Source of the DNA: Gemmatimonadota bacterium
GTDB lineage: Bacteria > Latescibacterota > UBA2968 > UBA8231
Assembly (NCBI GenBank): GCA_038128265.1
Contig: JAYPJE010000038.1
Coordinates: 1-27,008 of the forward strand
Reading direction: 5' to 3'
Length of the DNA: 27,008 nt
Shown here: one piece after another, positions 8,240 through 16,300 of the stretch
How the letters are laid out: each line of letters opens with the position of its first letter
Position numbering within the stretch: position 1 is the stretch's first letter
Made by a program: the position numbers and the translations under genes
Notes under the pieces: model-generated
Databases searched by the model: none
What the model saw: the letters and a program-made list of their open reading frames with translations, nothing else
Told to the model about the DNA's origin: nothing

Positions 8240-9484
8240 TTAGTCCAGCACCGCTCGGTAGATTGCCTCCGCGTCCGGCGCCTGCACTTCGACCGGATTG
8301 GGATCGAGCAAGCGACGCACCGTCATGGCCAATTCGACCATCCGCGGCACATCGGCCTCGCTCAGCCCCGACGCACGCAGCGACGCATAGGGCGTGAAGC
8401 GTCGGCGCAGGTCGTCAACCCATCGGGCGGCAGCTTCGGCGCCCTCTTCGCGGCTCTTGTCCCGCAAATCCAGCCCCGTTACGCCCGCAGCATAGTAATA
8501 CTTGTCGGCAACGGCCGGTGCGTTGTGGCGCATAACGCCCGGCAGCACGAGGGCAACGGCTGCGCCGTGGGGCACTGGATTGCCCCGCTCGTAGGATAGT
8601 TTTTCAATGCCGTAACCCAGCGCATGTCCCGCTCCAGTATTGATCGGGCTGAGCAGCAATCCGGCCAACAGCGCACAGCGGGCCATGCCCAGACGGGCCG
8701 CGCGGTCATCGGCTCCGTTTTCGACAGCTGCGACAAAGGACGCGGCACCGGCCCGCAGCGCTTCGCGCGCCACCGCATCGCCCACTGCATGACTCTTTTT
8801 CGACGCCGTGCACTCCAGCGCATGCCCCAGGGCATCGAGGCCTGTCACCGCCGTTAGCAGCGGTGGCAGCGTGCGCTGTAACAGCGGATCAACCAGGGCT
8901 ACGCGCGGCTGCAAATAGTCGCTGTAGACGGCCTTCTTACCCTCCGCATCGGCGATGACGCATACCCGGCTGGCTTCGCTGCCCGTGCCCGCCGTCGTCG
9001 GCAGCGCCAACACGGGCCAGCGCGCCGGCTGGGGAATCAGATCAAAGCCCCAATAGCGGTCAATCGGCTCACCTGTCGTCGCCACGCAGGCGGCCGCTTT
9101 GGCCGTATCCATGGTGCTGCCGCCGCCCAGCGCGAGCACGGCATTGGCTCCACTGGCGACGATCGCATCGGCGCATGCACCAACGCTGTCGACCGTGGGG
9201 TTGCTCACGACCCCATCGTACTCGCCGACCCGTTCGACTCCAGCCTCTTGCAGTGCGCGATGCACGTGCGGGGCCAACCCGCGCACGCCCGGGTCGCGCA
9301 CCAGCAGGACCCGCGTTACTTCGAGCCGCTGACACTCGGCGCCCAGCGCATCTAGGGCTCCTTCGCCCAACAGCACGCGCCGTTCGGCAAATTTGAAAAT
9401 GTGCACCAACTCTTCGAGGTGCTGCGCATCGGAAAAAAACGCGCTATCACCCAGTAGCTGCTCGTTTACCTGCACCTGAACCAT
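8240..9484 (-). CDS. Iron-containing alcohol dehydrogenase family protein
   Basis: GGGSTMDTAK, PTTAGTGSE, metal ligands DALGHALE, GHALG and PHG. GGAGG Shine-Dalgarno upstream. Confidence 0.93.
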   Translation of the reverse strand: MVQVQVNEQLLGDSAFFSDAQHLEELVHIFKFAERRVLLGEGALDALGAECQRLEVTRVLLVRDPGVRGLAPHVHRALQEAGVERVGEYDGVVSNPTVDSVGACADAIVASGANAVLALGGGSTMDTAKAAACVATTGEPIDRYWGFDLIPQPARWPVLALPTTAGTGSEASRVCVIADAEGKKAVYSDYLQPRVALVDPLLQRTLPPLLTAVTGLDALGHALECTASKKSHAVGDAVAREALRAGAASFVAAVENGADDRAARLGMARCALLAGLLLSPINTGAGHALGYGIEKLSYERGNPVPHGAAVALVLPGVMRHNAPAVADKYYYAAGVTGLDLRDKSREEGAEAAARWVDDLRRRFTPYASLRASGLSEADVPRMVELAMTVRRLLDPNPVEVQAPDAEAIYRAVLD

Positions 9485-9747
9485 GCCAACTGATTCCTCC
9501 GCCTATGGCGATTTGATCGACCCACTTAGGCTGCGCCCCACAGGCAACGCGCGGCGCACACACCGCCGGATATGGCTTTTGCCAACGACATCCGGGCGAC
9601 CTGCACACCGGCCTACAGCCCATTGGTGCGCATACCTTTTTCCCATATATTATGCACATCTCGTCGCGTCGAGTAAAACGACGAGGCGCACCACACCAGC
9701 GCCGATGGGTGCGACGCCCAATCGGCAGCTACAGGAGCCAAGCGCAT

Positions 9748-10509
9748 ATGAGCATCACGACCGATATACGTCAGCAATACGCCGAACAGGGTTACGTCAC
9801 GGGCATCGATATATTCGACCGCAGTGAAATCGACCACTACCGCAGCTGCTTTGACGCCCTGGAGGAGAGAGAAGGACGCGAAAAGTGCCAGATCGGCCTG
9901 CAGGCGCGCCATCTGACGGACGAGTTTATCTGGCAACTGTCTACCGATAGCCGACTGCTCGACGCCATGCAGGCCGTCATGGGCGATGATCTCTTGCTGC
10001 TGTCGACCCATTTTTTTTGCAAATACCCCGATCCCGACGCCAAGAAGTTCGTCGCCTGGCATCAGGACGTCACCTACTGGGGACTGGATCCGGCCGAAGC
10101 GCATACGGCGTGGATTGCCATCGACGATGCCGACGTGGAAAACGGCTGCATGCAGGCCATCCCCGGGTCGCATAAGCACGGCATTGCCATGCACTCCAAG
10201 TCCGACAAAGAAGGCAATTTGCTCAGCATCAACCAGGAAATTCCCGACGAGTATGTAGATACCAGTCAGGCCGCGAACATGGCGCTGCGAGCCGGACAGA
10301 TATCCATCCACGACGGCCAGCTGTATCACGCCAGCAACCCCAACGCATCCAATCGCCGCCGCTGCGGCCTGACGGTGCGCTTTGTGCCCCCGCACGTAAA
10401 GCAGGTCAACCTAAACTCCACGGGCGATAAATGGCCTGCCATTCTGGTCCGTGGCGAAGATCGCTACGGACACTTTCCCGTGCAGGACTGTCCATTTACA
10501 CTGTCCTGA
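9748..10509 (+). CDS. Phytanoyl-CoA dioxygenase (PhyH) family Fe(II)/2-oxoglutarate dioxygenase
   Basis: WHQD (HxD), WIAIDD..ENGC..IPGSH, distal HAS and RR. Start reassigned to ATG 9748 because of AGGAG at 9733-9737. Confidence 0.92.
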   Translation: MSITTDIRQQYAEQGYVTGIDIFDRSEIDHYRSCFDALEEREGREKCQIGLQARHLTDEFIWQLSTDSRLLDAMQAVMGDDLLLLSTHFFCKYPDPDAKKFVAWHQDVTYWGLDPAEAHTAWIAIDDADVENGCMQAIPGSHKHGIAMHSKSDKEGNLLSINQEIPDEYVDTSQAANMALRAGQISIHDGQLYHASNPNASNRRRCGLTVRFVPPHVKQVNLNSTGDKWPAILVRGEDRYGHFPVQDCPFTLS

Positions 10510-10563
10510 TCGGGCTCGACAACGCAAGCATGCTCATTACACAACCACTCAAGGAGTACGCGC

Positions 10564-11244
10564 ATGGCCCAGTATGACCGTATGGCCGTTCTAAATGCCA
10601 TATACGACACCGGGATCGTTCCCGTCTTCTACCATAAAGACCCTGAGACAACCATTCACATTGTCGAAGCCTGCGCCCGCGGCGGCGCGCGCTGCGTGGA
10701 GTTTACCAACCGCGGCGACTTAGCCTATCACGTCTTCACCGACGCCGTTCGCCACGTCATCGCCAACGAGCTCGACGTAATCATGGGCGTCGGCTCCATT
10801 GCCGATGCGCCCACCGCCGCGCTCTACATCGCCAACGGGGCCAACTTTGTCGTCGGCCCGCTGCTCAACGAAGAGGTCGCCCGCCTGTGCAATCGCCGCA
10901 AGATCGCCTATTCTCCGGGCTGCGGTTCGGTTACGGAAATTGGCCAGGCCGAAGAGCTGGGCGTCGAAATCGTAAAGGTGTTTCCCGGCAGCGAAGTCGG
11001 CGGTCCCGCCTTTGTAAAATCGGTCCTCGGCCCCTGCCCTTGGACGCGCATCATGCCCACCGGTGGCGTCGACGCCACGCGCGAGAGTCTGGAATCTTGG
11101 GTCAAAGCGGGCGTAGCCGCCGTCGGCGCCGGCTCCAAGCTCATCACCAAGGAATTGGTCGATGCCAAAGACTGGGACGGACTGGCCGAAAAAGTAGCGC
11201 AGAGCGTGCAGTGGGTTAAGGAAATTCGCGCCGAGATGGCCTAG
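10564..11244 (+). CDS. eda: KDPG/KHG aldolase
   Basis: VEFTNR, GVGSI, GANFVVGP, PGCGSVTEI, VKVFP (Schiff-base Lys), MPTGGV. AAGGAG SD at 10551. Confidence 0.93.
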   Translation: MAQYDRMAVLNAIYDTGIVPVFYHKDPETTIHIVEACARGGARCVEFTNRGDLAYHVFTDAVRHVIANELDVIMGVGSIADAPTAALYIANGANFVVGPLLNEEVARLCNRRKIAYSPGCGSVTEIGQAEELGVEIVKVFPGSEVGGPAFVKSVLGPCPWTRIMPTGGVDATRESLESWVKAGVAAVGAGSKLITKELVDAKDWDGLAEKVAQSVQWVKEIRAEMA

Positions 11245-11270
11245 CTCTTAGCACGGCGCTGCTAGCAGCA

Positions 11271-11305
11271 AGAAGGCCCCCGGCACAGCTGCCGGGGGCC
11301 TTTCT
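11271..11305. terminator. Probable bidirectional intrinsic terminator between convergent genes
   Basis: 13-bp perfect stem AAGGCCCCCGGCA-CAGC-TGCCGGGGGCCTT with T-rich and A-rich flanks. Confidence 0.85.
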
Positions 11306-11329
11306 CGTTTTGCGCTCGAGCGATGGCGT

Positions 11330-12640
11330 CTAAGCCAAATACGCTTTCATCAATTCGGCCATTTTATCGACTTCGTCTTCGCTATTGAAGATGTGGGTAG
11401 AGACGCGAATGGCATTGTAGCTGATGCGCGGCCCCGTCTCGTGCTCTTTGGGCACATAGGGATACGTTCCCTGCGCCGTCTTGAGCACGATATTGTGCTC
11501 GCTGCTGAAGTAGCTGTAAATCTCGCTGTTCGACGCCTTGTCGGGATCGACGGAAAAGCTGACCATGCCCGACGACAGTTCCTCTTCGTCCGGCGTCATA
11601 AGCGTCAATGCGGGGATTTCACGCAGGTGCGCGCGCACCCGCCGACTGAGCGCCCGGCAGCGCGCCTCAATGCGCTTGCGTCCAATCGCGTTGTGAAAAT
11701 CTACCGCCGCGCCGTGACCGTAGATATGCGCGACGTTGCTCGATCCGGACTGGGCGCTGTAAATGTTGTAGTTATCGCTGTCGCCCACCGGATTGAACAC
11801 GCTGACCGGGCGAATGCGATCCTGCATCTCTTCCCGTATATAGAGCACGCCGCTGCCCTTGGGCGCCAGCAGCCATTTGTGGCTCGACGACGCAAAGGCG
11901 TCCACGCCGAGTGCTTTGACATCGACGTCGAGCATACCCGGCGCCTGCGCTCCATCGCAAACCAGCACGACGCCTTTGGGTCGCGTGATGGCCGCAATAT
12001 CGGCCATGGGCATCTGCATGCCGGTAATGGTATCAATCTGACTGACGCTGCAGACGCGGGTGCGATCCGTTATGTGCGTTTCGACCAGTTCCAAAATCTC
12101 CGCCTTGTCTCGGACGGGATGGGGAATATCCATGTAGCGTATTTTCACCCCGTGGAATTTGGCCAGATACTGCCAGCACAGCATGCCGCCGCCGTGTTCG
12201 TGATTCGTCGTGAGCACTTCGTCGCCCGACTTCAAGTGCAATCCCGTGGCAATCATATTCATGCTCTCGGTCGTATTGCGCGTCAGCGTGACCTCGCCTA
12301 CTTGGGCGCCGATAAACTCGGCCACTTTACCGATTACTTCGCTCTGAGAGGGAAAGGCGTGCGACCACGGGTTCATCTCGTCAGTGCGCAGGTAGTGGCA
12401 CACCGTATCGATTACGTGACGGGGTGGCGCCCCCGTGCTGCCGCAGTTGAAGTGGATAAAGCCCGGGTTGAGGGAAAATTCCCTGCGCACGCGTCGCCAC
12501 AGCTTATCCTCATCCTGTGCATCGCTCACGGCCGAGCGCAGGTCCTCAATTTGCGACGTCAGCGCCTCAGCCACGTCGGGAACTACCTGGGCAGCAACGG
12601 CCGCCGTCGCCAATGCCTTTACAAAATCGCGTCTTTCCAT
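11330..12640 (-). CDS. Tat-exported class-V PLP-dependent enzyme (isopenicillin-N epimerase / cysteine lyase-like)
   Basis: Twin-arginine leader MERRDFVK plus hydrophobic stretch. HFNCGSTG, RNTTESMN, TNHEH, DGAQAPG, SSHKWL (PLP lysine), IRVSTHIFN. Confidence 0.9.
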   Translation of the reverse strand: MERRDFVKALATAAVAAQVVPDVAEALTSQIEDLRSAVSDAQDEDKLWRRVRREFSLNPGFIHFNCGSTGAPPRHVIDTVCHYLRTDEMNPWSHAFPSQSEVIGKVAEFIGAQVGEVTLTRNTTESMNMIATGLHLKSGDEVLTTNHEHGGGMLCWQYLAKFHGVKIRYMDIPHPVRDKAEILELVETHITDRTRVCSVSQIDTITGMQMPMADIAAITRPKGVVLVCDGAQAPGMLDVDVKALGVDAFASSSHKWLLAPKGSGVLYIREEMQDRIRPVSVFNPVGDSDNYNIYSAQSGSSNVAHIYGHGAAVDFHNAIGRKRIEARCRALSRRVRAHLREIPALTLMTPDEEELSSGMVSFSVDPDKASNSEIYSYFSSEHNIVLKTAQGTYPYVPKEHETGPRISYNAIRVSTHIFNSEDEVDKMAELMKAYLA

Positions 12641-12846
12641 GTGTTTCCCTCTTCATGCGTGTATTGTGTCCTTCGCTGGTATCGCCGCCCCTCTTCAACG
12701 CGTATGTCCTCTAGTATAAATACGCCGACCGACAGCGACAAACAGCCCGTTGTGAGTCGATCAACCAATGCCTTTATTAAGCGCCTATCGCCTCTAAACG
12801 GATGCGCGGAAATCCCGCGCGCTAAGACACCAAAGGAGTGTACGCA

Positions 12847-13275
12847 ATGAACCTGCTACTCGCCGCCGCGCTCATCTGCGGCATGACCGTTACATCCGCA
12901 CTGGCACAGGAATCCGTCGCCATCAGCAAGCTGCCTTTCAGCGCTGCACGCATGGCCAATGGAACCCTCTACATCAGCGGACAGATTGCTCGCACCGCCG
13001 ACGGGAAAGACGTTAAAGACTCCGTAGCGGCAGAGACGCACCAAATCATGAAAAACATCGGGAGCATTCTCGCAGAACACGGCTATGCATATGACGACCT
13101 CGTCAACGTCACCGTCTGGCTCAGCGACATTGAAGACTACCACGAAATGAACCGCGTCTACGCGTCGTATTTCAAGGAACAGTTTCCCGCGCGCGCCTGC
13201 ACCGGTGGTGCGCAAATCGTCTTTGGGTTCAAAGTCGAAATTGCCGCCATAGCCCATCGGGACGACGAGGAATAG
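12847..13275 (+). CDS. RidA/YjgF/Rid family protein with N-terminal signal peptide
   Basis: PFS, LYISGQ, MNRVY..YF..FPARAC (catalytic Arg), KVEIAAIA. ATG 12847 follows AAGGAG. Leader MNLLLAAALICGMTVTSALA. Confidence 0.9.
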   Translation: MNLLLAAALICGMTVTSALAQESVAISKLPFSAARMANGTLYISGQIARTADGKDVKDSVAAETHQIMKNIGSILAEHGYAYDDLVNVTVWLSDIEDYHEMNRVYASYFKEQFPARACTGGAQIVFGFKVEIAAIAHRDDEE

Positions 13276-13276
13276 C

Positions 13277-14278
13277 ATGACCGTCACCCGCCGACAGTTT
13301 ATTCAAACTACTGCGCTGGCCGCCAGCAGTATCGCATTGACCGGCTCAGTCAGCGCCGCGACAAAGGAAAAGTACATGAGCGACGCCCGCCCTCTATTTG
13401 TATCGACCTGGCCCTTTGGCAAAGCGGCCAACGAACGCTCTCTGGAAGTGTTTGAGAACGGCGGCTCGGTCCTCGACGCCGTCGAGATGGGCATTCACGT
13501 GCCCGAAGCCGATGCCAGCAATGCCTCGGTCGGTTTAGGCGGCATTCCCAACGCCGAGGGTGTCGTGCAGTTGGACGCGTGCATAATGGACGGTGAAGGG
13601 CAGCGGGCTGGCAGCGTGGCCGGTATCGAAGACATCCTGCACCCCATTTCCGTCGCACGCCGCGTTATGGACGAGACCAAGCACGTTATGCTCGTCGGCG
13701 AAGGCGCACGCCAATTCGCCCTTTCGCAGGGCTTCGAAAAGGTCAACCTGCTGACAGAGGACCAGCGTCAGAAATGGGAAAAGTGGAGGGAAGACCAGCA
13801 CAAAGCCGATAACCACGACACCATTGCCCTGCTCGGCGTCGACGCCAGCGGCCACATAGCCGGCGGCTGTTCGACCAGCGGCTGGGGCTACAAACTGCCC
13901 GGACGCGTCGGCGACTCGCCCATTCTCGGCAGCGGCCTCTACGTCGACGGGCAGGTCGGCGCAGCCGGCGCCACGGGATTGGGCGAAAACGTCATGCGCT
14001 ACTGTGCCTCTTTCCTGGTCGTCGAGTACATGCGCCAGGGCCTGCATCCAGAGGAAGCCTGCATGGCCGCCATAAAACGCGTTGTGGCAGCCGACCCTCG
14101 CCCAGTTGAGGACCTGCACATCAACTTTGTCGCACTCGACAAACAGGGACGCTACGGCGCAGCTGGCACCAACGAAGGCTTCAAATACGCCGTCACCTAC
14201 CCCGGATACAGCGAAGTGCTCGAAGGGGCTGCCCTAAGCGCGGGCGACATTGGCCCCGAAGGAGGCAATATACGCTGA
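13277..14278 (+). CDS. N(4)-(beta-N-acetylglucosaminyl)-L-asparaginase (Ntn hydrolase) with Tat signal
   Basis: TRRQFI Tat motif, STWPF, SVGLGG.P, LDACIMD, HDTI autocleavage site, STSG..KLPGRVGDSP, ATGLGE. Confidence 0.92.
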   Translation: MTVTRRQFIQTTALAASSIALTGSVSAATKEKYMSDARPLFVSTWPFGKAANERSLEVFENGGSVLDAVEMGIHVPEADASNASVGLGGIPNAEGVVQLDACIMDGEGQRAGSVAGIEDILHPISVARRVMDETKHVMLVGEGARQFALSQGFEKVNLLTEDQRQKWEKWREDQHKADNHDTIALLGVDASGHIAGGCSTSGWGYKLPGRVGDSPILGSGLYVDGQVGAAGATGLGENVMRYCASFLVVEYMRQGLHPEEACMAAIKRVVAADPRPVEDLHINFVALDKQGRYGAAGTNEGFKYAVTYPGYSEVLEGAALSAGDIGPEGGNIR

Positions 14279-14376
14279 GTCGAACGGGGCGCTATCCCCC
14301 CTTTTATACGCAAATAGACGGAGGCATAAACTCCAGTAGATAATCGCAATTAGTAAATTTTCTATACTTTTTCCTG

Positions 14377-14418
14377 TTGACACTAGTGCGCGTCTTTTGT
14401 TTATTGTTGCAACGTCAA
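14377..14418 (+). promoter_or_regulatory. Candidate promoter/operator region of the exported-protein cluster
   Basis: TTGACA at 14377, best -10 TATTGT at 14402 (19-nt spacer), AT-rich upstream tract, palindromes CACTAGTG and GTTGCAAC. AGGAGG SD at 14494. Confidence 0.4.
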
Positions 14419-14504
14419 TCATAGATGTATCTGTCGTTCTCTGCGCGCACTGCGCAGCATTCATCAAACCTACAAAGCATTCATCCGCAAACTAGGAGGA
14501 AACG

Positions 14505-15461
14505 ATGCTTAAAGTAGCGAAAAGGGCTCTGGCTGCTAGCCTATGCCTCGTCGGCATAGCGAGCGCTCAGTTTTTTGATCCGCCGGCACTGGCCGACCGC
14601 AACGGTAGCCAGGGCTTCTGGTTTTACATGCTTGAAGTGCCGAATCCCGGCTCGATGAGCATGGACGGCTTCAACGACGATTGGGCCTGGTTCGATCCCG
14701 AGTTTACGCTGACCAACGACGAGTGGCGCGACGAAGGCGATCGCCCGGCTCCCGATCGCAGCGACCTCAACGTCACCACGTTTATGGGCTGGAAGGGCGG
14801 CGACGACAACCGCTGGTACGTCTTCCTCGAAGCCACGGACGACGTCATTGCCCACGCCGGCACCAACGTCGCGCGCTGGGACGGCGACATGCTGCAGGTC
14901 GGCCTCGATCCGCAGGATCACGGCCGCGAGCGCAGCCCGGCTTCGGGTTACACGATGGAATGGCTGATGGCGCCCGGCGATCTCAGCCCCCCCACCAACG
15001 TCGCTTTCCGCTACACCGAGCAGGAAGCATGGGCCGAGTACGGCGAGGCTCCGTGGATTGACTTCGCCGTGCGCGTCGATCCGGCGGAAGCTTGGGCTGC
15101 CGACCTGTGGACCGACGGTGGCACCACCTACTACGAGTTCAGCATCAAGGTGCTGGCCTTCCAGGAAGATGCCGGTCCCGGCGTCAGCGAAGTCTGGCAG
15201 TTGGACAACGTATCGGGTGAAGACGGTGCTGGTATGCCGTTCGCCATGTGGTACGAAGACGGCGAAGGCCCGGATTCGAGCTTCAGCCCGAACGACGACG
15301 GCACCCCCGGTGGTCGCAACGACTGGACGACTCGCGGTCCCGAAGCTTCGGCTCGTCAGTACTACTCGATCGCCAAGCTGCTGCGCATGGGCGAGTACGC
15401 CAGCAGCGCTACGGCTGTCGAATCCTCAACCTGGGGCGATATCAAGAACTCGTTCAAATAG
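14505..15461 (+). CDS. Secreted CBM9/DOMON-like putative sugar-binding protein with C-terminal TWGxIK tail
   Basis: Signal peptide ending ASA|Q. MDG..DDW, W...WYVFLEATDD, WDGDMLQVGLD, YYEFSI and FAMWYED match the CBM9-like pattern by eye. Ends ATAVESSTWGDIKNSFK. Strong SD. Confidence 0.8.
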   Translation: MLKVAKRALAASLCLVGIASAQFFDPPALADRNGSQGFWFYMLEVPNPGSMSMDGFNDDWAWFDPEFTLTNDEWRDEGDRPAPDRSDLNVTTFMGWKGGDDNRWYVFLEATDDVIAHAGTNVARWDGDMLQVGLDPQDHGRERSPASGYTMEWLMAPGDLSPPTNVAFRYTEQEAWAEYGEAPWIDFAVRVDPAEAWAADLWTDGGTTYYEFSIKVLAFQEDAGPGVSEVWQLDNVSGEDGAGMPFAMWYEDGEGPDSSFSPNDDGTPGGRNDWTTRGPEASARQYYSIAKLLRMGEYASSATAVESSTWGDIKNSFK

Positions 15462-15496
15462 AGCTTCTTGTTAATAGCAGTGCCCTGAGTTTGTGT

Positions 15497-15536
15497 GTCG
15501 GGCCAATTGGAGAGGTCCAATTGGCCCGACTTTTTT
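15497..15536 (+). terminator. Strong intrinsic terminator inside the cluster
   Basis: 15-bp perfect stem GTCGGGCCAATTGGA-GAGG-TCCAATTGGCCCGAC followed by T6. Confidence 0.88.
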
Positions 15537-15584
15537 CTGGTCTACACCGCTATTAGTTTTACTGCTTCAGGCAAGGTCGAGTTC

Positions 15585-16292
15585 ATGCGCGTAATACCTT
15601 TCATCTTATTGCTAATTGCCCTTAGCGGCTGTGGTCGCTATTTCCACACTCCGCTGCAGCCGTCCGAACAACAGGGTGACGGGATGACCCTAAACGACGA
15701 TGGGTCGATCACCTTCACGCGCGATCGCCTGTCGATCAACCTGAAGCCCATGACCGACGACGAGCTCAATCGCCTTTCGGCGGCCAGTGCCGATCCGTCG
15801 CTCAACCCCTATACCTTCGGCACGTGGAAAGCGCCTGGCGATGAGCACACTCCGGCGCGCTTCACCGTCTTCCGCCTCAAGGTAAATAACTACCAGTATC
15901 CTAAGATTCAGATCGATCCGCTCGAGGCTTCGATCTCGACAACCAACAGCCGCTACTACGAATCGCTGAGCTACGCCGACCTGTACAACTACTACCGCGC
16001 CTTCTGGCTTGGGCGCACGGGGCAGGGACGCCAGGCCTTTCAAACGCGCACCGATGCGCTCAAGCGCACGCTCTACAGCGACGCGCTTATCTTCAGCGGC
16101 AACGAGGAGCAGGGCTTTCTGGTATTCCCCACGCTGCACGACGACGTCCGCGACATCGACGTGCTCATTAAAAACGTGGCGCTGCGTTTCGACTACGCCA
16201 ACGAGCCAATCGAAACCCTAGATCTGAGCTTTTCTTTTAGCCGCGACATCTTGCAGGGCAACTCGGCGGCTACGGCCCAACCGCGCAACTGA
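15585..16292 (+). CDS. Lipoprotein of unknown function, probable Ig-like beta-sandwich
   Basis: From ATG 15585: MRVIPFILLLIALSGC, a canonical lipobox. The upstream GTG at 15495 lies at the terminator. The pattern FRLKVNN..IQIDP..IFSGNEEQGFLVFP resembles DUF4352-type folds (by eye). Confidence 0.82.
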   Translation: MRVIPFILLLIALSGCGRYFHTPLQPSEQQGDGMTLNDDGSITFTRDRLSINLKPMTDDELNRLSAASADPSLNPYTFGTWKAPGDEHTPARFTVFRLKVNNYQYPKIQIDPLEASISTTNSRYYESLSYADLYNYYRAFWLGRTGQGRQAFQTRTDALKRTLYSDALIFSGNEEQGFLVFPTLHDDVRDIDVLIKNVALRFDYANEPIETLDLSFSFSRDILQGNSAATAQPRN

Positions 16293-16300
16293 GCACTGAC

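Noticed and set aside
9564..9617. REP-like hairpin (CGCCGGAT..TGGC-TTTT-GCCA..ATCCGGGCG) and nearby CCGGCCTACA
   Set aside because: Single imperfect copy in the window with no associated transposase. It cannot be called a repeat family without genome-wide counts.
11393..12850. 485-aa plus-strand ORF
   Set aside because: Antisense shadow of the class-V PLP enzyme gene with no recognisable motifs. Long shadow ORFs are common in GC-rich DNA.
14286..14305. GGGG/CCCC hairpin plus T4 after the asparaginase gene
   Set aside because: The stem is only 4 bp, too weak to call a terminator confidently.
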